Below are positions 27,845 to 36,247 of a DNA stretch of 64,000 bases, piece by piece. Location of the stretch: contig JBJYWI010000048.1 of the NCBI GenBank assembly GCA_046259385.1, positions 464 to 64,463 of the forward strand, read 5' to 3'. The stretch is from Anaerolineales bacterium (lineage in GTDB: Bacteria > Chloroflexota > Anaerolineae > Anaerolineales > UBA4823). The translations under genes and the position numbers were made by a program. Below the pieces are notes generated by a model. That model did no database searches, was not told the DNA's origin, and saw nothing but the letters and a program-made list of their open reading frames with translations. Numbering within the stretch: the first letter of the stretch is position 1; each line of letters begins with the position of its first letter.

Positions 27845-28369
27845 GTGAAAATTTTTAACCGGAAGGATATTACTGAAAAGAAGACCGAAACTCACTTAAA
27901 CAACCATGCCCCCGATTTTTCCGCGAAGGATATTGATGGAAATATGATAGCCCTTTCACAATTCCGGGATAAGAAAAATGTATTCCTGGTATTTAATCGA
28001 GGCTTTACATGACCTTACTGCCGAAGGCATATGGCGCAGTTGCGCCGTGATTACGAAAAGTTTAAAGAAAGGGGAGTCGAGGTCATTATAGTTGGTCCGG
28101 AAGAAGAAGAGGTTTTCAGATACCATTGGAAAAAGGGTGAATATCCATTTGTTGGAATCGCTGATCCAGACCATAAAATTGCGGATTTATACAACCAACA
28201 GGTCAAAATATTAAAAATGGGCCGGATGCCGGCTCAAGTAATTATTGATAAGGATGGTTTCATCAGATCCCAACATCACGGAGTTTCGATGCGTGACATC
28301 CTTGAAAATACAACTGTTTTGAATCTATTTGACAAAATTAACTCAGAGAATGAGATCATTAATTATTAA
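27845..28369 (+). CDS. Peroxiredoxin-like/redoxin (AhpC-TSA fold) selenoprotein candidate, UxxC active site (TGA 28010-28012 read as Sec)
   Basis: GTG 27845 lies 6 nt after an AGGTGA SD. Hand translation: VKIFNRKDITEKKTETHLNNHAPDFSAKDIDGNMIALSQFRDKKNVFLVFNRGFT-U-PYCRRHMAQLRRDYEKFKERGVEVIIVGPE... The TGA occupies the first Cys of the redoxin CxxC motif. The track lists only the 3' part (28031..28369). Confidence 0.7.
28031..28048 (+). promoter_or_regulatory. SECIS-like hairpin 18 nt downstream of the in-frame UGA
   Basis: AUGGCGC-AGUU-GCGCCGU: 7-bp stem (one G-U pair) and a 4-nt loop containing GU. A smaller UGCC-GAA-GGCA hairpin precedes it. Confidence 0.5.
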
Positions 28370-28433
28370 AAGCGTGAAAAATTTCCGAGAGGTTAAATCC
28401 AAAAATCTGAACTGATAACCTTTCCTGATTTTA

Positions 28434-28907
28434 TTGATAGGGAATTCTGTGAGCGAACTAAGAACAGAGAAGTTGCATGTTGAGTTGTTGGATGGCATAG
28501 GAGAAGATGGACCAGTAATGCCAAGAAGGTATACTCTGACCCATTCAGACAGAACAGGGGATTTATTTCTCAGTATTGGACCAGATTACAATCATCCTCA
28601 GATATCAGGTTTATATACTCGATTGATGCGTGATGAGGTGCTGGCTGAATGGGTTCTTGATGGAAATGATGTGCAATTAATCATTCATTGTCATGTAAGC
28701 GGAGGCTTTGCATTTGGCCCTGCCAGCTGGCGGATGTCTATATTCAGGCAGCATTTACCGATGGTGATTACGGCTTTTAAATTCGGTGATTCGGATTTAT
28801 TTGCTGCACATCAGGAATTAAGCAAATCGAGAGTTTCCATCCATTTCCACTCGGTTCAGGACAGGTATAACATCGTTGAAGATTGGGGATCGATAGACAA
28901 CTTTTAG
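28434..28907 (+). CDS. Stay-Green (SGR) family protein, Mg-dechelatase homolog
   Basis: PRRYTLTHSDRTGDLFLSIG ... RLMRDEVLAEWV ... LIIHCHVSGGFAFG ... FRQHLPMVITAF parallels plant SGR (PRTYTLTHSDIT..., YRDEVVAEW, HVHCHISGG, ELPVVLKAF) as I recall it. The start (TTG 28434 or GTG 28449) is uncertain. Confidence 0.75.
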   Translation: MIGNSVSELRTEKLHVELLDGIGEDGPVMPRRYTLTHSDRTGDLFLSIGPDYNHPQISGLYTRLMRDEVLAEWVLDGNDVQLIIHCHVSGGFAFGPASWRMSIFRQHLPMVITAFKFGDSDLFAAHQELSKSRVSIHFHSVQDRYNIVEDWGSIDNF

Positions 28908-28954
28908 ATTGATTAAGCCGCAATTGAGGTATTGAATCTTTCAGGTTTATAGTA

Positions 28955-29803
28955 ATGTTGAAGAATAGAGTGGCGATTATCACCGGTGGCACCCGAGGTC
29001 TTGGGTTTGGAATTGCAAAGGCTTTTGTTCAGGCGGGAGCGAAAGTATTTGTAGCTTCAAGGTCAGCTGATTCGGTCGAGCAATCTATTTCTGTGTTGAG
29101 ATCGATGGGTGGGGAAGTAGATGGAAAGGTATGCGATGTTGGTTCACTGAGTGATGTTGAAGATATATCTCTTAGAGCAGTTAAACAACTTGGAAAAATC
29201 GATATCTGGGTAAATAATGCCGGTATATCCGCGCCGTATGGTCCGACCATCCATATACCTTATGAAGAGATTCTTAAGGTAATCCAAACTAACATCCTCG
29301 GCACATATCACGGGTCGCTGGTTGCAATGCGGTATTTCCTGAAACAGGGTCAGGGTAAACTCATTAATGTTTCCGGGAGGGGAGATAAAGGACCGGTACC
29401 GCTTCAGAATGCTTATGCTTCCTCTAAAAGCTGGGTTCATAGTTTCACATTGGCGCTGGCGGATGAGTATAAAAACAGCGGGGTTGGTGTTTATTTGTTC
29501 AGACCTGGAATCGTGGATACGGATATGTTGAGAAAAGTGGAAGTGATTGAAGGTTATCAGTCTCGGATTGAACCATTAAAAACGGTAATTCGGATGTGGG
29601 GTAATAAACCCGAGGTTCCTGCCATGAAAGCAGTCTGGCTGGCTTCACATGCAACGGATGGGAAAACCGGTCTTGTGGTAAATGTTTTCAACCCTCGGCT
29701 TATGTTTTGGGGATTGTTTCGAGAGACACTTGGAAGAATCTTGCGGCGTGACATTGAGCAAATTGAGATTGCGGTAAATACAATAGAGCCGGATATTAAT
29801 TAG
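28955..29803 (+). CDS. Classical SDR with resemblance to chlorophyll b reductase NOL/NYC1
   Basis: ITGGTRGLGFGIA, IDIWVNNAG, VSGRGDKGPVPLQNAYASSKSWVHSFT, RPGIVDTDML. Recalled NOL: IDIWINNAG, DGAGSDGRPTPRFAAYGATKRSVVHLT, SPGMVTTDLL. The SDR call is firm; the NOL likeness is tentative. Confidence 0.8.
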   Translation: MLKNRVAIITGGTRGLGFGIAKAFVQAGAKVFVASRSADSVEQSISVLRSMGGEVDGKVCDVGSLSDVEDISLRAVKQLGKIDIWVNNAGISAPYGPTIHIPYEEILKVIQTNILGTYHGSLVAMRYFLKQGQGKLINVSGRGDKGPVPLQNAYASSKSWVHSFTLALADEYKNSGVGVYLFRPGIVDTDMLRKVEVIEGYQSRIEPLKTVIRMWGNKPEVPAMKAVWLASHATDGKTGLVVNVFNPRLMFWGLFRETLGRILRRDIEQIEIAVNTIEPDIN

Positions 29804-29912
29804 GTAAAGCCTGAGGCCGTATTGATCGCCATTTTGTTAGACTCATTGTTAAGAATTGCTGGTATATTAAAATCAAGAGTTTCTCAAAAATATTTTTGAT
29901 GAAGGAAGGAAC

Positions 29913-30200
29913 ATGGCAAATATCAGACGCCTTGTGCTGGATACACTTAAACCGCACGAACCAGGCATCATAGAAATGGCAGAAGAGCTGGGAGACATTG
30001 TTGGGATTATGGCAGTTAATATAAGCATATATGAACTTGACCGAAAAGTTGAGAACGCAAAAATCACAATAGAGGGAGAGAATGTACCTTACATTCAGGT
30101 CGTAAAAGTGATCGAAGAGATGGGCGGATCGATCCATTCGGTTGATGAAGTTGTAGCGGGCAAGAAAATTATTGATGATGCCGCCACCTTGCTGGATTGA
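29913..30200 (+). CDS. DUF211 (COG1888) family protein
   Basis: 95 aa. MANIRRLVLDTLKPHEPGIIEMAEEL matches my recollection of DUF211. The antisense ORF 29796..30239 is rejected. Confidence 0.6.
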   Translation: MANIRRLVLDTLKPHEPGIIEMAEELGDIVGIMAVNISIYELDRKVENAKITIEGENVPYIQVVKVIEEMGGSIHSVDEVVAGKKIIDDAATLLD

Positions 30201-30269
30201 ATCTGCACAATCCATGCTGGAATAAGATAATACAAGCAAGGGTTAATAAAAGACGAGGAGCTGCTTAAT

Positions 30270-30866
30270 ATGAGATCCTTACTGGATGCAGTTTCGTATT
30301 TAAGAGAATATGACAAGCTGGCAAATATCGGTGAGATCGCCAGGCGTTATTTTGCAATGAATGCTTTCGATGGGGTGCTGACAATCATCGGCGTTTTGAT
30401 GGGTAACTTCATGGCTGGAGTGCAGGAGCCAAGAATTGTTGTCAGCACTGGACTTGCTACATGCGTTGCGATGGGAGTATCGGGGTTATGGGGCGCTTAC
30501 CTTACAGAAGCAGCCGAACGAAAGCGGGACCTTAACGAGTTAAGCCGGTATACACTGACCGACCTGAACCAAACCAGGATCGGACGGGCATCACGCGCTG
30601 CGGTTGTAGTTGTGGCGGTGGTGGATGGCTTGTCACCGTTTATGGCAGCAATGATCGTCCTGACACCGTTCTTTTTTGCCCCCATATTTCCCTCAATTCA
30701 AATGGTTTATTTTGTTGCGCTTGGGATGGCGCTGGTGACCCTGTTTGCGTTGGGGCTGTTCCTGGGCCGCGTTTCACAAGGCAACCTGCTTGTTTACGGG
30801 CTTAAAACAATATTTGCCGGAGTGATCTCAATTGGTATCAGCTTTCTACTGGGGGAATGGAGATAA
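30270..30866 (+). CDS. VIT1/CCC1-like membrane protein (possible Fe/Mn transporter)
   Basis: 198 aa with about five TM helices. MNAFDGVLTIIGVLMG resembles the VIT-family N-terminal motif. Confidence 0.5.
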   Translation: MRSLLDAVSYLREYDKLANIGEIARRYFAMNAFDGVLTIIGVLMGNFMAGVQEPRIVVSTGLATCVAMGVSGLWGAYLTEAAERKRDLNELSRYTLTDLNQTRIGRASRAAVVVVAVVDGLSPFMAAMIVLTPFFFAPIFPSIQMVYFVALGMALVTLFALGLFLGRVSQGNLLVYGLKTIFAGVISIGISFLLGEWR

Positions 30867-31036
30867 CGCATTTTTATTGCTCAAATTGATGGTTCATTAA
30901 TATAATGAGCTGTACCATGTGGATTTTTTACAGTCTACTAATTATTTGATTTTAAATTGGCGTTAATTGGTTGTTGACGTATTTGATATATGTTCATCTA
31001 AGTATCGAATGTAATTGGGCAGAGAGGAGCATATTT

Positions 31037-31099
31037 ATGCGTCGGTTAAGGACAAATATCATCGTGATTCTGTTGATTATTTCACTCGTTTTGTTTTAA
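31037..31099 (+). CDS. Candidate 20-aa hydrophobic peptide (MRRLRTNIIVILLIISLVLF)
   Basis: GAGAGGAG SD 7-8 nt upstream of the ATG. Basic N-terminus followed by a single hydrophobic stretch. Lies in a 439-bp convergent intergenic region. Confidence 0.3.
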   Translation: MRRLRTNIIVILLIISLVLF

Positions 31100-31305
31100 T
31101 TTCCTGCACTGCTTATGGCTGGTGTTAATACTTCAGTTGAGATAATGAATGGGTTTAGGAAGATTAAGAATTTTAATCCCTGCAAGCAGTGAATAGATGT
31201 TGGAAAAAGTTCGGATTGGGATGTCATTCCCAGGTGCGATTATTACTTGCTTTATGTTACCTATATGAAATATGATCAATAAGGTCGATATCTATAATCA
31301 GAAAT

Positions 31306-32082
31306 TTATCCTGCGGTGCCTCCACCGTCGACTGCAAGTACGGCGCCGGTAATAAAGGAAGCGCCATCGCTGCATAGAAACAGAACTGTCCGGGCGATTT
31401 CCTCCGGCAAACCAATCCTTCCCATTGGTCGTCCCGCTGAAGCCTTCATAAATTCATCTTCCGGCACATTGAGCTGGAGGGCTTCATCACGCAGCATTGG
31501 CGTTGATGTATCACCAGGACAGATGCAGTTCACCCGTATGTTGTCGGGACTGTGATCGATTGCCATAGCCCGGGTCATGTTAACCACCCCGCCCTTGGAT
31601 GCACAGTAGGATACGGCGTCCTGTCCGCCCAACAACCCCCAACCGGATGAGGTATTTACGATCGCTCCACCCCCAGATTTCACCATAAATGGGATGGCGT
31701 ATTTGCTCATCAGAAAAATTGATTTCAGATTTACTGCCATAACCCTATCCCAATCTTCTTCAGAGAGAGTCAGCACGGATGCCCTGCGGATAATCCCGGC
31801 ATTATTGAAAAGGAAATCGATCCCGCCGTAAGTTTCAACAGTTCTGGAAACCGCATTCTGGCAATCAAACGACGAGGTCACATCGCATGGGATGAAGATA
31901 ACCTCACCTCCGGAGATTTGTAATTCATCCTCAGCATGCCGCCCAGCAGATTCATCGATGTCAGCGATTGCTACTCGCGCGCCTGCCATGGCGAAGAGCC
32001 GTGCGGTTTGGAAGCCAATACCAGATGCTCCACCGGTGATGAGAACGGTTTTTCCCTCAAAATGGAATTCAATCTGATTCAT
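31306..32082 (-). CDS. SDR family oxidoreductase (FabG/glucose-1-dehydrogenase-like)
   Basis: Start at M10 of the track ORF (AGGAGA SD). VLITGGASGIGF, NNAG, YCASKGG. Confidence 0.85.
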   Translation of the reverse strand: MNQIEFHFEGKTVLITGGASGIGFQTARLFAMAGARVAIADIDESAGRHAEDELQISGGEVIFIPCDVTSSFDCQNAVSRTVETYGGIDFLFNNAGIIRRASVLTLSEEDWDRVMAVNLKSIFLMSKYAIPFMVKSGGGAIVNTSSGWGLLGGQDAVSYCASKGGVVNMTRAMAIDHSPDNIRVNCICPGDTSTPMLRDEALQLNVPEDEFMKASAGRPMGRIGLPEEIARTVLFLCSDGASFITGAVLAVDGGGTAG

Positions 32083-32109
32083 CTTTCTCTCCTGCTGGAA
32101 CGGATTCAA

Positions 32110-33225
32110 TCATTTCGCCACTGGGTAGATTATGCTTTCCCCAAATCCGGTAATTATACGCATATAACCCGAGAGTTCTTCATCCAGGATTGCATCACCG
32201 CTGTCAACCAGCAATGGGTAGCCCATCAATGAGCGGATTTTTTCCGGAACGCAGATGACCCAGATGTTGGATAAACCGACCTTCCGAATCACCCCTGGGC
32301 TGATCTGCTGGTTGCCGCGTCCAAAAAGGAAACCTTGACCGCCTATCGGCGACACGATGATTCTGCCGGTATATTTATCGAGAACATCCAGCAATTGTTT
32401 CTCATTTGCATCTTTTAAGATAACCTGTTTCCCTTTAATTACATCAACCCCGAGAAGCGTTTTTTCAAGGTCTAGAGCCCGGGTTACCGCCCGGGTGGTT
32501 GTCCCTGGACCAAGAATATAAATGAGCTCGGGCTGCATCTTATTGATCACTTCGCTTGCAATATCTGTAAAAGAGATTTTTTCAGACGGGTGGATGGGTG
32601 TTTTTGTCCCCTGAAGTCTGTTTTTCGTACGCGGGACGAGCAGGTAGCCGAATAATTCAACGGCAAGCCTACCCTGACGATAGAGCTCTTCATCGACATC
32701 GATAACCTCTGCTTCTGATGATTTTGGAGATTCATCAAACAGGAATTGGAGCGCAATGTCACCGGATATACTTGGGTTTCTTGCAAATACACCCGAGTGA
32801 ACCTTGACCCCAGCTGGAATCCCCAGAACCGGGATTTTCTGACCGACCGCGCGGTGAATGTCCCTGGCGGTTCCATCCCCACCAGCAAACAGGATTAAAT
32901 CAACCTTTTCGTCCAGGAGCTGCCTGGCAGCCATGATCGTGTCCCGGGCGGTTGTCTTTGCGGGTTTGATGGATCCATGTTCGGCAGGCTGGAAACCGAG
33001 CGAGCGGCAAACATCGGCGCCCATCTCCCCGGGATAAGTGTGGATTAGGATTTCGCCTTTGCGGGGTTTAAGTCTCTCGAGGGCTTGAACTGCGCGCCTG
33101 CCTGAAATTGGAGTAGCGCCCAGGGCGAAAGCCTGTTCTTGCAGTTCGGTTCCGTCACTGCCTTTTAACCCAACCCGACCGCCGATTCCAGCGATAGGAT
33201 TGATGATCAATCCCAGTTTCTTCAT
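32110..33225 (-). CDS. ATP-NAD kinase family protein (COG3199/AcoX-like)
   Basis: 371 aa. GGDGT motif (LILFAGGDGTARDI) and N-terminal IINPIAGIGG. Confidence 0.7.
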   Translation of the reverse strand: MKKLGLIINPIAGIGGRVGLKGSDGTELQEQAFALGATPISGRRAVQALERLKPRKGEILIHTYPGEMGADVCRSLGFQPAEHGSIKPAKTTARDTIMAARQLLDEKVDLILFAGGDGTARDIHRAVGQKIPVLGIPAGVKVHSGVFARNPSISGDIALQFLFDESPKSSEAEVIDVDEELYRQGRLAVELFGYLLVPRTKNRLQGTKTPIHPSEKISFTDIASEVINKMQPELIYILGPGTTTRAVTRALDLEKTLLGVDVIKGKQVILKDANEKQLLDVLDKYTGRIIVSPIGGQGFLFGRGNQQISPGVIRKVGLSNIWVICVPEKIRSLMGYPLLVDSGDAILDEELSGYMRIITGFGESIIYPVAK

Positions 33226-33254
33226 TCTCTTGGATTATCTTGAACCGCAATTGG

Positions 33255-34850
33255 TCACGAGTTTTCGGATTCCTGAGAAATTTTACGTAGATAAGCTCTC
33301 CAGGTCATCGCCCATTGGTCAGGGTCATCCAGCGGATCATGGATAATTGAGTGGATCGTGCTGTTGTGCGGAGCGGTTCTGACTGTTTCTGGATCCCGGT
33401 AGGCTTCTGAAGCGACATTCTCAATAATGCGCAAATACTCATCAAGTTCTTCTTTTGAGTATGATTCGGTAGGTTCCAGAGTACATGGTTCGGGGACGAT
33501 AAAAGGATGGTGGCTGGTCCAGTAGTGGACGCCGTAATCAGCCGCCCGAAGCCCGACTGATTCCGAATGGACAGATGTATCTTCATAAAGTTTTTCCAGG
33601 CTGTACCGCACCTGTTCAATCCTCCGTTTGCCTTCTGCAAATGGAATGCTGATGCCCCTGATCCGGCGCATTTTCTCCATAAGATAATTATTATTCAGAA
33701 CTGCGATTTCGGAAGCCGCGCGAAGTCCCTTAGCTCCCAAGCTCATCACCCAGGCGTATGCTCTCAGAATAACAGCAGCGTTGCCGTAGAAGGGGCTGAT
33801 TTTCCCAATGCTTTGCGGGTGGTTATAGTCAAGGTAATAACGTTTGCCGTCGAATTCCACAGTAGGCACCGGTAGAAATTCTGCCAATTCCGCAATGACG
33901 CCGGAAGCGCCGCCGCCTGGTCCGCCGCAGCCGTGTGGGGTGGAAAAAGTTTTGTGCAGGTTGAAATGGCAAAGGTCAAAACCGGCTTCTTTAGCGCGGG
34001 TGATGCCCAGTATACCGTTGGCGTTAGCCTGGTCGTATGAACACAACCCGCCGACTTCATGTACCAGGTCGACAAATTCCTTAATCCTGGGATTGTATAT
34101 GCCGGTATCCTCTGGATTTGTGATCATCAGCCCGGCTGTTCTCTCGGAGAGAGCAGCCTTCAAAGCTTCAATATCCGGATACCCATGCTGGTCGGGATAT
34201 AAAGTAATTACTTTAAAACCAGCTGTTTTTGCGCAGGCTGCGTTAGAAGGATGTGAGAAAATGGTTGTGATAATTTCATCCCGCTGATCCGCTTCTCCAT
34301 TTGATCTGTGAAATGCACGCATAATTGCTGCGTTTGTGTAAATTGCTGAAGAGCCGGCGCTGGGCTGCAGTGAAAACCGGTTCAAGCCCGAAATGCTCTT
34401 CAGAATCTGTTCGAAGCGGTACATAATTTCCAGTATCCCCTGAGCAGTATCTTGGTCCTGCAGCGGGTGGAGTGCAGTCATCGCAGGTGATCTGGCCAGG
34501 TGCTCGTTGATCTTGGGGTTGTATTTCATTGTGCAGGTGCCCTGACCTACATCAATGTTCAGATCGGCTCCCAGATTCTCCTGGGAAAGGCGCAGGTAAT
34601 GGCGCTGTATCTGCGGCTGGGAGATCTCAGGAAGTGCAGGAGAAACCACCCGGCGGACGCCATCCGGAAGATCAGCGAGGACGTCCCCGACCTGCGAGGT
34701 AATTTCAGGTTCCATTTCGGGTACCAGGATCCCCCTTTGACCTGGAGAGTGGAGATCGAATATGATCGGCTCGTCCCATTTTGCCTGGTGGAACCGGCGC
34801 AAATTTGGTTTACCTTTTTTGTACCTTTTCGATTTAATATTTTCCATCAT
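33255..34850 (-). CDS. gcvPB: Glycine dehydrogenase (aminomethyl-transferring) subunit 2
   Basis: 531 aa with GTCTMKYNP and the PLP-lysine motif NLHKTFSTPHGCGGPGGG. The start overlaps the gcvPA stop (ATGA). Confidence 0.88.
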   Translation of the reverse strand: MMENIKSKRYKKGKPNLRRFHQAKWDEPIIFDLHSPGQRGILVPEMEPEITSQVGDVLADLPDGVRRVVSPALPEISQPQIQRHYLRLSQENLGADLNIDVGQGTCTMKYNPKINEHLARSPAMTALHPLQDQDTAQGILEIMYRFEQILKSISGLNRFSLQPSAGSSAIYTNAAIMRAFHRSNGEADQRDEIITTIFSHPSNAACAKTAGFKVITLYPDQHGYPDIEALKAALSERTAGLMITNPEDTGIYNPRIKEFVDLVHEVGGLCSYDQANANGILGITRAKEAGFDLCHFNLHKTFSTPHGCGGPGGGASGVIAELAEFLPVPTVEFDGKRYYLDYNHPQSIGKISPFYGNAAVILRAYAWVMSLGAKGLRAASEIAVLNNNYLMEKMRRIRGISIPFAEGKRRIEQVRYSLEKLYEDTSVHSESVGLRAADYGVHYWTSHHPFIVPEPCTLEPTESYSKEELDEYLRIIENVASEAYRDPETVRTAPHNSTIHSIIHDPLDDPDQWAMTWRAYLRKISQESENS

Positions 34851-36247
34851 GTATATAGAACCTGTTTCATGGTGTTTACAAGATGATCGATTGTTGCCTT
34901 GCTATGAACTTCGGAGATGCAGTAAAGAGCGCACTGCCCCATCCCCGGAAAATCCCTGCTCAGATCCACACCACCGAATATTTTGTAATTCAGAAGGGAT
35001 TTATTGACGCTCTCTACAGTTTTTCCAGCTCCGTCAAAATTCACCACGAATTCATTAAAATGCGGAATATTCATAAAAGGAATCTGGAGGCCTTCAATTC
35101 TGCTGAACTCCTGCATCGCGTAGCGTGTACGCGCCATTATTCCTTCACCTATATCGTGCATTCCTTTCGGACCCATAAGTGCGAGGTAAACCCCTGCAGT
35201 TATCCCCCAGAGCGCTGCGGCAGTCCCAACCCATTCTTTCCCCTTTTCACGGATTGCAAAGGAGGTTCTCTCATATGCGACATCCCCGAAACCATATTCT
35301 CCTTCTATAACCGTAGGAGCAATACCAAAAAGGCGGGATGGGAATTCCATCACAAAATTCTCCTCATCCCGGGTTGCGATAAAACCAGCCCCTCCACCTC
35401 CGTACTGCATGTGTATGCCTAGAGGTTGAATATCTCCACAGACGATGTCCGCGCCATAATCAGCAGGAGGTTTAAGTACACCCAGCGTGATTGGGTTGAC
35501 GCTGACTATGCTTAATGCACCGCTGGTTTTTGCTGTTGAACATATCCGTTCGCCCTGAGTTTCTATCATTCCCAGGAAAGCAGGGTTTTCAAAATAGACT
35601 GCAGCTGTCTCTTCAGATATCAACCCCGCAAGCGTGGATGTACTGCACATGCCGCTGCCAGGGTCAAAATCAATTAGTTTAAGATCAACTTCGTGCTGGT
35701 TATAATCCTTGATTTTTGATAACTTCGCGGGGTTGATATTGCTGCTTATTAAAACTTGATTTCTTCCAGTTATTCTTGTAGCCATTCTGATTGCGGTTGC
35801 GGATGCCTGAAAACCATCATATGTCGGTACATTAACAACATCCATGTTCAAGAGTTCGCCCATAAGGCTGGTGTATTCAAATAAAGCTTGAAATCGTCCA
35901 TGGTCATCGTAGGGTTCACCCGCGTAGGCAGTCAGGAACTCGGCCCGCTGGTTTATCTCATCACATACTGCAGGTATATGGTGCTGATAGCAGCCTGCGC
36001 CTAAAAAACTGCTGAATTCATTGCAGTTTGAGTTTCTGGCTAATATTGACTCAACGTGTTTTTTTAATTCATATTCTGAGAGCATAGGCTGGGGGAGATC
36101 CAATGCTGATTCCAACCGGAGTTCCTCGGGAATGTCTTCATAAAAGTCCTCAATCGATTGGGCGCTCACTTCAGACAGCATTTCCTGCCTGGTTTTCGGA
36201 GTGGAGTTTGGAATATAGGGGTGCACAATTTCATCGTTCATTTTCAT
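34847..36247 (-). CDS. gcvPA: Glycine dehydrogenase (aminomethyl-transferring) subunit 1
   Basis: Start at M11 of the track ORF (AAGGAAG SD). HPYIPNSTPKTRQEMLSEVSAQSIEDFYEDIPEELR is a typical GcvPA N-terminus. Confidence 0.88.
   Translation of the reverse strand: MKMNDEIVHPYIPNSTPKTRQEMLSEVSAQSIEDFYEDIPEELRLESALDLPQPMLSEYELKKHVESILARNSNCNEFSSFLGAGCYQHHIPAVCDEINQRAEFLTAYAGEPYDDHGRFQALFEYTSLMGELLNMDVVNVPTYDGFQASATAIRMATRITGRNQVLISSNINPAKLSKIKDYNQHEVDLKLIDFDPGSGMCSTSTLAGLISEETAAVYFENPAFLGMIETQGERICSTAKTSGALSIVSVNPITLGVLKPPADYGADIVCGDIQPLGIHMQYGGGGAGFIATRDEENFVMEFPSRLFGIAPTVIEGEYGFGDVAYERTSFAIREKGKEWVGTAAALWGITAGVYLALMGPKGMHDIGEGIMARTRYAMQEFSRIEGLQIPFMNIPHFNEFVVNFDGAGKTVESVNKSLLNYKIFGGVDLSRDFPGMGQCALYCISEVHSKATIDHLVNTMKQVLYT

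Noticed and set aside
31124-31201. Second small ORF MAGVNTSVEIMNGFRKIKNFNPCKQ in the convergent spacer (possible RiPP precursor).
   Set aside because: No Shine-Dalgarno sequence, no nearby maturation enzymes, and no hydrophobic or leader-like features.
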